Positions 1 through 10,595 of a stretch of 64,000 nucleotides of DNA are shown in pieces. Source of the stretch: an uncultured Pelagibacteraceae bacterium (GTDB taxonomy: Bacteria; Pseudomonadota; Alphaproteobacteria; Pelagibacterales; Pelagibacteraceae). The position numbers and the translations under genes were made by a program. A model generated the notes under the pieces. It was not told where the DNA came from. It searched no databases and saw only the letters and a program-made list of their open reading frames with translations. Position 1 is the first letter of the stretch. Each line of letters opens with the position of its first letter. Location of the stretch: the NCBI GenBank assembly GCA_902560585.1, contig CACEMI010000007.1, positions 875 to 64,874 of the forward strand. The letters run 5' to 3'.

Positions 1-2
1 TA

Positions 3-449
3 CAAACTGTTGATGGATACATCCAAAGAGGTATAGATGAAGGTGCAAAACTTTTATCTGGAGGAGTTTCAAGTAAAAACCAAAAAGGTTTTTATGCAAA
101 ACCGACACTTTTTGATGGATTAAAAGAAAATATGACTATTGCTCAAGAGGAAATATTTGGACCAGTGCTTGGTGTTTTGACAGTTAAAAATGACGAGGAA
201 GCTTTGAAAATTGCTAGTAATTCGAAATATGGATTGCATGCTAGTGTATTTACACAGGACATTAATAGAGCGTTTCATTTAGCTAAAAGTTTGCCTTGTG
301 GAACTGTATCGGTAAACACTTTTTCTGAAGGAGACATTAAAACTCCATTTGGAGGCTATAAACAATCTGGCTCACTAAGTAGAGATCAAGGTACTGAGGC
401 TCTAAATTCGTTTCTTCAAACAAAAACAATTTGGATAAGTCATAATTAA
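3..449 (+). CDS. Aldehyde dehydrogenase, C-terminal part (5' end outside the window)
   Basis: Frame is open from position 3 (QTVDGYIQRGIDEGAKLLSGG); contains EEIFGPV and PFGGYKQSG motifs. Confidence 0.93.
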   Translation, partial: QTVDGYIQRGIDEGAKLLSGGVSSKNQKGFYAKPTLFDGLKENMTIAQEEIFGPVLGVLTVKNDEEALKIASNSKYGLHASVFTQDINRAFHLAKSLPCGTVSVNTFSEGDIKTPFGGYKQSGSLSRDQGTEALNSFLQTKTIWISHN

Positions 450-452
450 TTG

Positions 453-1604
453 ATGATCAAACAATACAAAATAAGTGTGCCTAAAAGCACACTTAACGAC
501 ATTTATAAAAGAGTAAGAGAATTTCCTTGGAATGATGCTCAAAATATGAGTGGTTGGGAGTATGGAACCAACTTAAATTATTTAAAGAGTATATCTAAAT
601 ACTGGATTTCAAAGTACAATTGGAAAAAATTTGAAAACAAAATCAATTCATTTAAAAATTATAAAACTAAAGTTGAAGATATAAACTTACATTTTATTTA
701 TGAAAAAAGTAAAAATCCTAATTCTAGACCATTATTACTTTTACATGGATGGCCAGGAAGTATATCCGAATTTTTAAATATCATTCCAAGACTTGCTCAC
801 CCAGAAAAATATGGAGGAAAAATTGAAGATGGATTTGATGTAATTGTTCCATCTTTACCTGGATTTGGATTTTCTTCTCAAATTAAAAAAGCCTTGGGAC
901 CAAGAAAAATAGGAAAAATATTAAATAAATTTATGGTTAAAAACTTAGGCTATAAAAATTATTTTGTACAAGGTGGTGATTGGGGAGCAACTATTGCCGG
1001 ATGGATTGGTCTTGATAGCTCAAAGAATTGCAAAGGGATACATATTAATTGTTTACCTCTTAGACATCCAAAAGGACCAAAAAATAGTAAAGAAAAAAAA
1101 TGGGAGAAAAAATTTAACTTTGACCAAATTATGCAAGAGGGATATAGAACTCAACAAGCTACAAAGCCTCAAACCTTGTCTTATGCAATGATAGATAGTC
1201 CTGTAGGAACAGCAGCATGGATTTTGGAAAAATTTCACGGTTGGTCAGATTTAAAAATGGGTAAGATTGAACAAACATTTTCAAAAGATGAATTGTTATC
1301 AAATATAATGATTTATATTATAACTAAAAGTTTTAATACTGCCAGCTGGATATATTTTGGTAGAAGAAAAGAAGGTGGAAGATCTTTTCCAAAAAACTTT
1401 AAAAGAATAAATGTGCCTACAGCAATAGCAATTTTTCCAAAAGAAATGCTAGAATGGCCTCCTAAATCATACGTAAATAGAATTTTTAATATAAAAAGAT
1501 GGAGGAAATTTCTAAACGGTGGTCATTTTGCAGCTTTGGAAGTACCGGATATTCTAGTGAGCGATATACTTTCATTTTTTAACAAGGATTTAAAAAATTT
1601 TTAA
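453..1604 (+). CDS. Epoxide hydrolase (microsomal/EHN-type alpha/beta hydrolase)
   Basis: HGWPGS, PSLPGFGFS, QGGDWG (nucleophile Asp) and GGHFAALE motifs; ATG at 453. Confidence 0.9.
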   Translation: MIKQYKISVPKSTLNDIYKRVREFPWNDAQNMSGWEYGTNLNYLKSISKYWISKYNWKKFENKINSFKNYKTKVEDINLHFIYEKSKNPNSRPLLLLHGWPGSISEFLNIIPRLAHPEKYGGKIEDGFDVIVPSLPGFGFSSQIKKALGPRKIGKILNKFMVKNLGYKNYFVQGGDWGATIAGWIGLDSSKNCKGIHINCLPLRHPKGPKNSKEKKWEKKFNFDQIMQEGYRTQQATKPQTLSYAMIDSPVGTAAWILEKFHGWSDLKMGKIEQTFSKDELLSNIMIYIITKSFNTASWIYFGRRKEGGRSFPKNFKRINVPTAIAIFPKEMLEWPPKSYVNRIFNIKRWRKFLNGGHFAALEVPDILVSDILSFFNKDLKNF

Positions 1605-2620
1605 TGGAAAAAAATAAACTTAAAAAAATCATAATTGAAATATTTAGAAAACATAAACTATCAACAAATCACTCAAAAATATGTGCTGATGCAATAATTA
1701 ATGCCGAGTTAGTTGGCACTCCAACTCATGGTTTGTCTAGACTAAAAATGTACTGTGAACGCATAAGACATAAATTAATTAATCCGAAACCTAAAATAAA
1801 AATTAAAAATATTTCTCAATCTATAGCTCATATAAATGCTGATGATAGCATTGGTTTTGTTGCAGCCGATATAGCAATAAAAAAAGCGATAAAAAATGCC
1901 AAGAAAAGTGGAATTGGATTAGTAGCTGTTAAAAATAGTGGTCATTACGGAATGTCAGGATATTACGCGGAACAAGCAGTAAAAAAGAATATGATAGCTT
2001 TGGTATTTACTAATGCCCCACCTGCAATTGCCCCCCATGGTGCTATCAAGTCATTGTTTGGTACAAATCCAATTTGTTTCGGATCGCCAACAGGATCAAA
2101 TGCACCATTCATTTTAGATACATCTGTTTCAATGATCAATAGGGGAAAAATTAGAGTTGCATCGAGAACTAATTCAAAAATTCCTGAAGGAGTTGCTCTT
2201 GATAAGTTTGGTAAACCTACAACTAATGCTATTGAAGCGCTTGAAGGTGTTCAACTTCCTATTGCAGGTTTTAGAGGTTCTGGTCTTGCATGGATGGTTG
2301 ATATATTAAGTGGAGTTTATACTGGAGGTAATCATGGTGGAAAAGTAAAAGATCCGTTTGATGATTTTTCAGGACCACAAAATATTGGTCATTTATTTAT
2401 AGTAATGAAAGCAAATTTGTTTCAATCAAATTTTAAAAAAAGAATTAAAGAAAATATAAAAAGAATAAAAAAACTTCCAAAACTAAAAGGGTTAAAAGAG
2501 ATATTATATCCTGGAGAAAATAAATTAAGAAGATACAAAAAAAATTTTAAATCAGAAATAAAAATACCAGAAAATATAAAAGAAGATATTCGAATTCTTA
2601 TTAGTAGTAAAAATTTTTAG
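1604..2620 (+). CDS. Ldh_2-family oxidoreductase (ComC/AllD/malate-lactate dehydrogenase-like)
   Basis: THGLSRL, NSGHYG, FGTNPI and YPGE motifs; substrate not determinable. Confidence 0.85.
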   Translation: MEKNKLKKIIIEIFRKHKLSTNHSKICADAIINAELVGTPTHGLSRLKMYCERIRHKLINPKPKIKIKNISQSIAHINADDSIGFVAADIAIKKAIKNAKKSGIGLVAVKNSGHYGMSGYYAEQAVKKNMIALVFTNAPPAIAPHGAIKSLFGTNPICFGSPTGSNAPFILDTSVSMINRGKIRVASRTNSKIPEGVALDKFGKPTTNAIEALEGVQLPIAGFRGSGLAWMVDILSGVYTGGNHGGKVKDPFDDFSGPQNIGHLFIVMKANLFQSNFKKRIKENIKRIKKLPKLKGLKEILYPGENKLRRYKKNFKSEIKIPENIKEDIRILISSKNF

Positions 2621-2952
2621 CCTGCGCGTCCTAAATAATTTACCATTATAACTCCAGTCACAATTAAACAAATCCCAATAAAACCATATACATTAGGTAC
2701 TTGATTATATTTTAACATTCCAAATATTACTACTCCCGCTACTGTCAAACCACTATAAGTGGAGTAACTAAAAGCAACAGGTATAACTGACATTGCTTTA
2801 GCTAATGAAAACATTGTTATAGTCATTAAAAGTAAGCATGCGATTGTAGGAGTTAATTTTGTGAAACCTTCAGAAATTTTAGCAAAACTATTCGCTGCTA
2901 TTCCTGTTGTTATTCCTAAAGCTAAAATTAAATAACCTGTAAATGGTTTCAT
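2617..2952 (-). CDS. SMR-family small membrane transporter lacking the Glu14 equivalent
   Basis: 111 aa, four hydrophobic helices, KISEGFTKL and IPVAFSYSTYSGL segments align to EmrE. Confidence 0.82.
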   Translation of the reverse strand: MKPFTGYLILALGITTGIAANSFAKISEGFTKLTPTIACLLLMTITMFSLAKAMSVIPVAFSYSTYSGLTVAGVVIFGMLKYNQVPNVYGFIGICLIVTGVIMVNYLGRAG

Positions 2953-3040
2953 TGAATCATTATTAACTAATTATTATTAATTACAACAAGAGATAATAGT
3001 TTAAAATTCTAACGTTTTTTAAAAATTAATTTTGAAAATA

Positions 3041-3253
3041 TTATTCAGAAACAAAAAAACCAATAGCACCTAAGACTAAAAATAATGTGAGAGTAAAAGC
3101 TCTAGTCTTTAAAGTCTCTTTTTTTTCTTTTTTGATAATTCTGAGTTTAAGAGCACTGATATTTACTTTTTGAGGGGTATCAATATTTACGTCACCTGTT
3201 AATTGAGAAGAAATTTCAATATCAGATGCTCTTCTGTTATTATTATAACTCAT
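3041..3253 (-). CDS. Small hypothetical protein with a C-terminal transmembrane helix
   Basis: 70-aa ORF filling a gap, basic stretch followed by hydrophobic AFTLTLFLVLGAIGFFV. Confidence 0.65.
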   Translation of the reverse strand: MSYNNNRRASDIEISSQLTGDVNIDTPQKVNISALKLRIIKKEKKETLKTRAFTLTLFLVLGAIGFFVSE

Positions 3254-3298
3254 ATAGCTTTATTAAAACACATCTTTAATTTTAAAAATTTTATACTG

Positions 3299-3347
3299 TG
3301 TCCAAAATGGGTTTTGTACAACTAATTTTATGTCCATTTTGGGTTTG
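3299..3347. promoter_or_regulatory. Pair of operator-like repeats TGTCCA(AAA/TTT)TGGGTTT between divergent genes
   Basis: tgtccaaaatgggtttt at 3299 and tgtccattttgggtttg at 3331; the cores CCAAAATGG and CCATTTTGG are reverse complements. Confidence 0.5.
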
Positions 3348-3373
3348 AAGTAATAGAGTAGTTATCTGTCAAT

Positions 3374-4321
3374 ATGATTATAGACATTAGTGATTTTAAC
3401 AAAAAATATATTCAAAAAATAATTGAAGAAAATTTTGAAAAAATTGCACCAACATACTACAGATTGTTGTCTGAATGGATGAATTCATCTTATGAGGTTT
3501 TTAACGATATAGATAAGTACCGAATTATTCTTTATCTAATAAATAAAGATTTTGATCATTATATACAAATTAAAGAAATAGAGAGCTATGATAATTTTTT
3601 TATGTTTGATAAATCTTTAGAACTAGATCGAATAAATATCATTGAAATATCAAAAAATTTAAATATTCCAAAAGAAAGTGCTAGAAGAAAAATTCTTGAC
3701 CTTGAAAAATTAGGCGTGCTTCAAAAAATTGGAAAAAAAATATATATAGATAGATCAGCTTATAAATTAGTCCGACCTAGAAACACTCTTAAAAATTTAA
3801 GTGTTTTATTGTCAAATATTTCTGAGGTATTTAAAAAAGTAGAATATACAAATAAATCTTTGAATGTTGATGAGGTATCAGAACATTTAAAGAATAATTT
3901 TACATATTGCTGGTACTATTTTTATTTATTTATTTTTACTTTAACTTCAAGATGGAAAAAACAGTTAGGAGATCTTGAAATTTATTCAGTAGGTATGGTT
4001 ATTACTTGCCACTCTATTGTAAATAAATCTTACGAAGGGGTTGGTTTAAATTTTTCAGAATGGAAGAAAGACATTTTAAATATTAATGAAAGCGGAGTAA
4101 ACACTATGTCAATTTCAGAAATAACTCATATTCCAAGACCAACTGTTGTAAGAAAATTAAATTATTTATTAAAAAATAAATACATAAGTGTTAATAAAAA
4201 AAAACAATTTACAATAAATATGAAAGATCAAGCCTTAGTTGATACAATTAAAATCCAGGAGCAAAATATATCTTCTTTATCAGATTTGATTTTTAAAATA
4301 TTTCAAAAGATTAAAAATTAA
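3374..4321 (+). CDS. Putative DNA-binding protein with two winged-HTH-like repeats
   Basis: EISKNLNIPKESARRKILDL and SISEITHIPRPTVVRKLNYL are two copies of one HTH pattern. Confidence 0.7.
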   Translation: MIIDISDFNKKYIQKIIEENFEKIAPTYYRLLSEWMNSSYEVFNDIDKYRIILYLINKDFDHYIQIKEIESYDNFFMFDKSLELDRINIIEISKNLNIPKESARRKILDLEKLGVLQKIGKKIYIDRSAYKLVRPRNTLKNLSVLLSNISEVFKKVEYTNKSLNVDEVSEHLKNNFTYCWYYFYLFIFTLTSRWKKQLGDLEIYSVGMVITCHSIVNKSYEGVGLNFSEWKKDILNINESGVNTMSISEITHIPRPTVVRKLNYLLKNKYISVNKKKQFTINMKDQALVDTIKIQEQNISSLSDLIFKIFQKIKN

Positions 4322-5166
4322 TTAGCCCTTCTAAGTATAAGAATAAATATAAAACCTGTTAAGTACATTATTAGTGCGTATGCGGCTGTAGGTATTACAT
4401 AACTAATATCGTTAAATATTTGTGTAGCAACAAATATTGCCAATGTTCCATTTTGAAGACCGCATTCAATTGAAATACATTTTCTTTGTTTTATGCCACT
4501 AGCGAATAATTTTGCGATAAAGTATCCCAATGTCATCATTACAATGTTAAGAATAAGCACAGCTATTCCAGCCTGTTTAAAATAATTGAAAATATTATCT
4601 TTTTCTTCAACCAAAATTGCAGCAAAAACGATTAGAAATAAAACTATTGTAATTTTCTCAATTATAGAAATATTTGAGGAAATAAAGTTACCTGCAAATT
4701 TTCTAATAATCATTCCTAAAATCACAGGAACTGTAACAACTAAAGCCATTTTTAACGCAATACCAGTCATGGTTAGATTAGAGGATATATCTGAAACACC
4801 TAACAAATCTGCAGATTTGAAGATAATGAAAGGTACGGAAATAATACTTATTAGGCTAATTATTGCAGTTAAAGATATTGATAATGCAACATCTCCATCT
4901 GCAAATTTTGTCATTACATTTGAAGTCACTCCTCCTGGAGCAGCTGCGATAATCATAACACCTACAGCAATTACAGTAGGTAAATTCAATATTAGTATAA
5001 GGATGTATGCAATTACGGGTAATAGTATCAATTGGCAAGCAAAACCAATTATAAAATCTTTTGGATTATTAAGTACTCTTAAAAAATCTCGACCTGTTAA
5101 ACCTAATCCAAGGCCTAACATTATAAGAGCTAAAGAAATTGGAGCTATTTTTGTAACTATTTCCAC
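4318..5166 (-). CDS. Bile acid:sodium symporter (BASS) family transporter
   Basis: IMLGLGLGL, PGGVTSN and ECGLQNGTLA motifs. Confidence 0.92.
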   Translation of the reverse strand: MEIVTKIAPISLALIMLGLGLGLTGRDFLRVLNNPKDFIIGFACQLILLPVIAYILILILNLPTVIAVGVMIIAAAPGGVTSNVMTKFADGDVALSISLTAIISLISIISVPFIIFKSADLLGVSDISSNLTMTGIALKMALVVTVPVILGMIIRKFAGNFISSNISIIEKITIVLFLIVFAAILVEEKDNIFNYFKQAGIAVLILNIVMMTLGYFIAKLFASGIKQRKCISIECGLQNGTLAIFVATQIFNDISYVIPTAAYALIMYLTGFIFILILRRAN

Positions 5167-5228
5167 TATTTATCCTTATATCAATAATAGTATATTAGTT
5201 TAACTATTATTTTAGTATATATAATCCA

Positions 5229-6140
5229 ATGCTTTCAGATAAATCAACAGTTTGCCCAAACAACTTATTGGATATAGCTCAACAAAAAAGAGGCATAAAA
5301 GCTGCAATTGTAAATGCAGGTAAAGAATTACCAATGTTGTCTGTAATAGATGCTGTCAAAGAAAAGCTAATCATTCCTGTTTTAATTGGTGAGGAAGATA
5401 AAATTAGAGAAATAGCTGAAAAATTAAAGTTTGATATATCAGAATTTAAAATCATCAATGAGCCAAATGAAAATAATACTGCTAAAGTTGCCGCTAAACT
5501 TGCGGGAGATGGTGACGTAAAAATTATTGTTAAGGGTCATATTCATACTGATATTTTAATGAAAGAAGTTTTGCAGAGAAAATATAATTTAATTGGTAAA
5601 ACTAGATTGAGTCATATTTGGCATATGACTATAGATAAAGAGGATAATCCGCTGATTATTACTGATGGGGCTTTAAATGTTAATCCAAATATTAAAACTA
5701 AAATGCATATCTTACGCAATGTTGTAGATTTTTGTCATAGAATAAAAATAGCTAAACCTAAGGTTTCTATTTTATCTGCAACCGAAGAGGTTTTGGATAG
5801 CATGCAAAGTTCAATTGATGCTAATGAAATTTGTGAATTGGCAAAAAATGAGGATTTAAACGCAGATATATTTGGACCTTTAGCTTTTGATAATAGTGTT
5901 TCAAAGAAGTCTGCAACTATTAAAGGAATTCAAAATGACGTTGCAGGAAATGCCGATGTTTTATTAGTTCCAAATGTTGAGACTGGAAACGCCTTGGTAA
6001 AAATGATGATATATTTTATGGGTGCTTGTGCGGCTGGAGTAGTAGTTGGAGGTAAAGTTCCAGTTGTAATAACAAGCAGATCAGATGATGCGACAGCAAG
6101 ACTAGCCTCAATTGCTGCAGCTGTGGTAGCTTTAGATTAA
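5229..6140 (+). CDS. pta: Phosphate acetyl/butyryltransferase
   Basis: VKGHIHT, TDGALN, GPLAFDN, VPNVETGN and ITSRSD motifs of the PTA_PTB family. Confidence 0.82.
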   Translation: MLSDKSTVCPNNLLDIAQQKRGIKAAIVNAGKELPMLSVIDAVKEKLIIPVLIGEEDKIREIAEKLKFDISEFKIINEPNENNTAKVAAKLAGDGDVKIIVKGHIHTDILMKEVLQRKYNLIGKTRLSHIWHMTIDKEDNPLIITDGALNVNPNIKTKMHILRNVVDFCHRIKIAKPKVSILSATEEVLDSMQSSIDANEICELAKNEDLNADIFGPLAFDNSVSKKSATIKGIQNDVAGNADVLLVPNVETGNALVKMMIYFMGACAAGVVVGGKVPVVITSRSDDATARLASIAAAVVALD

Positions 6141-6181
6141 ATGAATATTGAAAAAAATAAAAATTAAATTAGGATTTATAT

Positions 6182-7468
6182 ATGGGAATTACATACTTAA
6201 AAAAATCACCAAAAACATCTTCGACAGATGATACAAAAACAAGAGAAATAGTTGAAAATATTCTTAAGGATATCGAAAAAACTAAAGAAGAAGGGTGCAT
6301 CGAGTTATCAAAGAAATATGACAAATATGAAGGTGAAGTAATTGTTACAAGAGAGAAAATTGAAGAAATAAAAAAAAAATTAGATCCTAAGACAAAAGAT
6401 GATATTAAATTCTCGCATGAGAGGGTTAGAAAATTTGCTGAAGCACAATTAAAAAATTATGGTCAAGATTTTGAAGTAGAGCTTTCAAATGGTTTGTATG
6501 CTGGACAAAAATTAATACCAGTAAATACTGCAGGTTGTTATGTTCCTGCTGGAAGGTATGCTCATATTGCTTCCGCTGTGATGAGTGTGACAACTGCAAA
6601 AGTAGCTGGTGTAAAAAATATTATTGTTTGCAGTTCACCAAAACCAGATATCGGTGTTCATCCTGCAATTGTCTATACTGCAGACCTTTGTGGTGCAGAT
6701 GTAATTATGAATTTGGGTGGAGTTCAAGCAATCGCTGCAATGACTTATGGTCTTTTTGGTAATGCACCAGCTGACATGCTAGTAGGTCCAGGAAATCAAT
6801 TTGTTGCAGAGTCAAAGAGAATTTTATTTGGAAAAGTTGGAATTGATTTATTTGCAGGCCCAACAGAAATCGCAGTATTAGCTGATGAAACTGCTGACCC
6901 TGAGTTAGTTGCTTTTGATTTAGTTGGACAAGCAGAGCATGGATATAATTCTCCAGCTTGGTTATTTACTACAAGTAAAAAACTTGCTGATTATGTTATG
7001 CAAAGAGTCCCTGAACTTATTGCAGATCTGCCAGATTTACCAAGAGAAAACTCGGGTGCAGCTTGGAGAGATTATGGAGAAGTCATTCTTTGCGATACAG
7101 ATGAGGAAATGGCAAAAATTAGTGACGAATACGCACCTGAACATCTAGAAATTCAAACCAAAAATCTTCAATGGTTCCATGACAGATTAAAAAATTATGG
7201 CTCATTATTTATTGGAGAAGAGACTACAGTTGCTTATGGTGACAAATGTTCAGGTACAAACCACATTTTACCTACCAAAGGTGCAGGAAAATATACTGGT
7301 GGTTTATTTGTTGGAAAATTTATTAAAACATTAAGTTTTCAAAGAATGACTAAAGAATCCACCAAAGAAGTAGGCGCAGCATGTGCAAGAATTTCAAGAT
7401 ATGAAGGCATGGAAGCTCATGCAAGAACTGGTGATGTGAGGCTAAGAAAGTACGGATTTCAAAATTAG
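6182..7468 (+). CDS. hpsN: Histidinol-dehydrogenase homologue, sulfopropanediol 3-dehydrogenase (HpsN)-like
   Basis: HisD fold motifs (GPGNQFV, QAEH, APEHL) with HpsN-type GRYAHIASA, AEHGYNSP, AWRDYGEV and YGDK instead of HisD GDY. Confidence 0.75.
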   Translation: MGITYLKKSPKTSSTDDTKTREIVENILKDIEKTKEEGCIELSKKYDKYEGEVIVTREKIEEIKKKLDPKTKDDIKFSHERVRKFAEAQLKNYGQDFEVELSNGLYAGQKLIPVNTAGCYVPAGRYAHIASAVMSVTTAKVAGVKNIIVCSSPKPDIGVHPAIVYTADLCGADVIMNLGGVQAIAAMTYGLFGNAPADMLVGPGNQFVAESKRILFGKVGIDLFAGPTEIAVLADETADPELVAFDLVGQAEHGYNSPAWLFTTSKKLADYVMQRVPELIADLPDLPRENSGAAWRDYGEVILCDTDEEMAKISDEYAPEHLEIQTKNLQWFHDRLKNYGSLFIGEETTVAYGDKCSGTNHILPTKGAGKYTGGLFVGKFIKTLSFQRMTKESTKEVGAACARISRYEGMEAHARTGDVRLRKYGFQN

Positions 7469-7473
7469 TTTTG

Positions 7474-8373
7474 TTAAACTCTTGAAAATAATAAAAGTGT
7501 TACTCCTAAGACGAAAATTATAATACCCATTATTTCCATTACTTTTACTTTTTCCTTAAAGAAATATCTTGAAGAAAAATAACTAAATAGTAATTCAATT
7601 TGACCAACAGCTCTGACAAATGATGCTTGAATTAATGTGAAAGCATAAAACCATGATAAAGATGCAAAAAAACCACCTAAGCCAATTAACATACAATCAT
7701 ATTTATCCTTATAGAGTTTTCTAAATTCTTTTTTTTCAAATATTAAGAGATATATAGTTAAAATTATTGTTGGAATTAAAAGGCCAAATAACAAGGTTGA
7801 AATTACTTTTTCAAAGTTTGATTCAAAATTTTCTAAGGAAAGCGCTGCAGATCTAAAATAAACAATGCTCAGAGCTAAGAATAAACCTGAGATCAATCCA
7901 ATTAATGTGGTTTTAGAAAAAATATTTTGGAAAAAAAATTTTAGATTTTTAATTGATAAAATTATTACACCTAGCGTTGATATTATAATTCCACTAATCC
8001 CTATTAAATTTAACTTTTCATTAAGTATTAAATATTCAAATACAGCAACTTGTACAACTTCAGTTTTACTAAGCGATGTACCTACGACAAAATTTGAAAA
8101 TTTAAAAAGGTAGAGTAACACGAATGTAAAAATTACCTGAAAAATTGATGCAAAAGTAACGTTTATTAAGAAACCAGGCTGATTAATTATATCTTTTAGT
8201 ATCGCGAATTCTCTAAAATATAAAAAAAATAAAAATAAAGCTAAAGGTAATGCAAAAGAAAACCTTACATATGTTGATGCAATAGTCGATACATCTTTAT
8301 TTATTTTTTTCTGGAATGATGATCTTAAGTTTTGAAAGAAAGCAGCGATGATTGTAACTATAATCCAATTCAT
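7474..8373 (-). CDS. EamA/DMT-family transporter
   Basis: About 10 TM helices, two-fold repeat, VRAVGQIEL motif. Confidence 0.82.
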   Translation of the reverse strand: MNWIIVTIIAAFFQNLRSSFQKKINKDVSTIASTYVRFSFALPLALFLFFLYFREFAILKDIINQPGFLINVTFASIFQVIFTFVLLYLFKFSNFVVGTSLSKTEVVQVAVFEYLILNEKLNLIGISGIIISTLGVIILSIKNLKFFFQNIFSKTTLIGLISGLFLALSIVYFRSAALSLENFESNFEKVISTLLFGLLIPTIILTIYLLIFEKKEFRKLYKDKYDCMLIGLGGFFASLSWFYAFTLIQASFVRAVGQIELLFSYFSSRYFFKEKVKVMEIMGIIIFVLGVTLLLFSRV

Positions 8374-8406
8374 TGAGAGTAAAATTTATTGAGTTTTCAA
8401 AGAAAT

Positions 8407-9456
8407 TTAAATTCTTCTTCCATTTTCATCAAATATAAAAATATCTTTAACATCAAATTTAATTTCGTTTTGAAAATTTACCTGACTGGATATTTTTGCA
8501 CTAAGCTCTAAATTATCATTACTCATGTAAACTATTTTTTCATTTCCTAAATTTTCTACTAATTCAATTTTAGGTTTAAATTTAAATTCTGATGACTCTG
8601 ACGTGTTAAAGTGTTCAGGTCTAATACCAACAGAATAATTTCTTTTATTAAATTTTATTTTATCAAAAGTTATTTCATTACCTAAAAAGTTAATTTTATT
8701 TTCTGAAATTATATTTTCATTTTGTAAAGGTAAAATATTCATTTTTGGTGTCCCAATAAATTGTGCTACGAAAATATTTGTTGGATTATTGTAAATTTCA
8801 TCGGGAGTTCCTACTTGTTCAATGTTTCCATGATTTAGAATTACAATTCTATCAGCTAAAGTCATTGCCTCTACTTGATCATGGGTAACATAGATCATAT
8901 TCGTTTTGATTTGATTGTGAAGCTTTGAAATTTCTACCCTCATCTCTGCTCTTAAAGCTGCATCTAAGTTAGATAAAGGCTCATCAAATAAAAATATTTT
9001 GGGATTTCTGGTAATTGCACGTCCAATAGCAACTCTTTGCCTCTGCCCTCCAGATAACTGCTTGGGTTTTCTTTCAAGCAGTTCTTCAATTTTTAAAATT
9101 TTAGCTGCTTGCATAACTTTTGTTTCAATTTCTTCCTTAGATTTCTTTTCAATCTTCAGTCCAAATGACATATTCTCATAAACATTCATATGTGGATAAA
9201 GAGCATAAGATTGAAATACCATTGCAGTTTGTCTTTTTGAGGGATGAAGGTCATTAATTTTTTGATCATTTATAAATATTTCACCCTCATCAATCTTCTC
9301 TAAACCTGCTATCATTCTTAATAAAGTTGATTTTCCACACCCAGATGGGCCAACTAATACAAGAAATTCGTCATCTTTTCCCATTAGGTTAAAATCAGTT
9401 ATAATCTTGTTTGATCCGAATGATTTATGAACGCCTGCGAATTTTATATTTGCCAT
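8407..9456 (-). CDS. MalK/UgpC-type ABC transporter ATP-binding protein
   Basis: [36 protein letters not shown]. Confidence 0.95.
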   Translation of the reverse strand: MANIKFAGVHKSFGSNKIITDFNLMGKDDEFLVLVGPSGCGKSTLLRMIAGLEKIDEGEIFINDQKINDLHPSKRQTAMVFQSYALYPHMNVYENMSFGLKIEKKSKEEIETKVMQAAKILKIEELLERKPKQLSGGQRQRVAIGRAITRNPKIFLFDEPLSNLDAALRAEMRVEISKLHNQIKTNMIYVTHDQVEAMTLADRIVILNHGNIEQVGTPDEIYNNPTNIFVAQFIGTPKMNILPLQNENIISENKINFLGNEITFDKIKFNKRNYSVGIRPEHFNTSESSEFKFKPKIELVENLGNEKIVYMSNDNLELSAKISSQVNFQNEIKFDVKDIFIFDENGRRI

Positions 9457-9457
9457 T

Positions 9458-10543
9458 TCAACTTTTAACTTTTTCTAAAATATCTAAGCCTATTTGTTTT
9501 AAAATATGAAGTATATCAATTGGTACCCAATTTTCACGAATTTTTCCTTCATCATGATGATAAAAATCCATAACTCTCATCGAGAGTTTTTGATTATTTG
9601 CTGTAAAACCTAACCAATCACTTGATCCATAATAAGCCTCTAAACTATGCCAACCAGCACATAAAGAAAATTTACCATCCCCTATTTCACAATAATGACC
9701 AAGTTTGAAATAATCTCTTTCAGTAAATGATTTTCTAAATGGCAACTGATGCATATCAATAAAACCCTCTAAAGATCTTGAGGTGCCAATCCCACATGGT
9801 CCATACCATATCATTTTATCATGCCAATATTCTCTTTGAGGATGATCTATTAATCTTTTTTTTAATTCTTCATCAGATAGGTTCTCTGTTTCAGGTTTAA
9901 AATTAAGACTTCTATTCATTGAAAGAGCTTGTCTCAAACTTGAATTTGAGATTTCAATATCTTTTTCAAAAAAATTTACACCATCAGTATTTATTGGGGG
10001 TAACCAAGATCCTTCAGATCCTCTCGATGGATTGATTGGAAAAATACCACATTGTCTTAAGAAATCTATAACATCAATTAATATATGGCTTTCTACTATT
10101 TTGTCTTCTTTAAGTTCATGTATTTCACAACATCTAAGATTAATCATTTTAAAATTTGGTTTAATCCCTAACCATGACTTTTTAAAGTATCCAGATAACG
10201 TTGAATATGACCCTACTAAAATTTTATCCCTAAAAGCTCCCCCTACTAAAATGTTTTCTCTTCTTTCTAAATCTGGGAAGGCTTCTAATAATGGTGTCCA
10301 GAGCTTCTCTTTTAAATTTTTTATTCCAACAAACTCATTTAAAGGATGAAAACAATTGACCTTTACATCGTTTATAAAAACCTTGTCTAAACTTTTATCT
10401 ATTTGTTTCAATCCTAAATTTACAATTTGATTTAAATAGGTTCTAATTAAATTTTTATTTCGAAAATTTTGTTCTGGTGAGAGAACAATATCTTTTATAT
10501 TTGTTTTAGTTTTAAGTCCTGTATCAAATTGCTCTATTTGCAT
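9458..10543 (-). CDS. SnoaL-like 'ester cyclase' protein, two NTF2-like domains
   Basis: [27 protein letters not shown] and MRVMDFY...[11 protein letters not shown] patterns. Confidence 0.78.
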   Translation of the reverse strand: MQIEQFDTGLKTKTNIKDIVLSPEQNFRNKNLIRTYLNQIVNLGLKQIDKSLDKVFINDVKVNCFHPLNEFVGIKNLKEKLWTPLLEAFPDLERRENILVGGAFRDKILVGSYSTLSGYFKKSWLGIKPNFKMINLRCCEIHELKEDKIVESHILIDVIDFLRQCGIFPINPSRGSEGSWLPPINTDGVNFFEKDIEISNSSLRQALSMNRSLNFKPETENLSDEELKKRLIDHPQREYWHDKMIWYGPCGIGTSRSLEGFIDMHQLPFRKSFTERDYFKLGHYCEIGDGKFSLCAGWHSLEAYYGSSDWLGFTANNQKLSMRVMDFYHHDEGKIRENWVPIDILHILKQIGLDILEKVKS

Positions 10544-10595
10544 ATATTTATTTATTGGAAATATTCGTGTATCACAATATTATAACTAAAAAAAT

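Noticed and set aside
4586-5203. 205-aa plus-strand ORF
   Set aside because: Antisense shadow of the BASS transporter; hydrophobic genes in AT-rich DNA often leave the opposite frame open
6535-6762. Cys-rich 75-aa ORF inside hpsN (similar cases at 4856-5038 and 19515-19712)
   Set aside because: Out-of-frame by-product of GCT/GTT/GGT codons in real genes; unlike 25998-26108 these are not intergenic and show no regular Cys spacing
6182-7468. Annotation as housekeeping hisD
   Set aside because: YGDK and AEHGYNSP motifs and the absence of adjacent his genes fit the HpsN branch better
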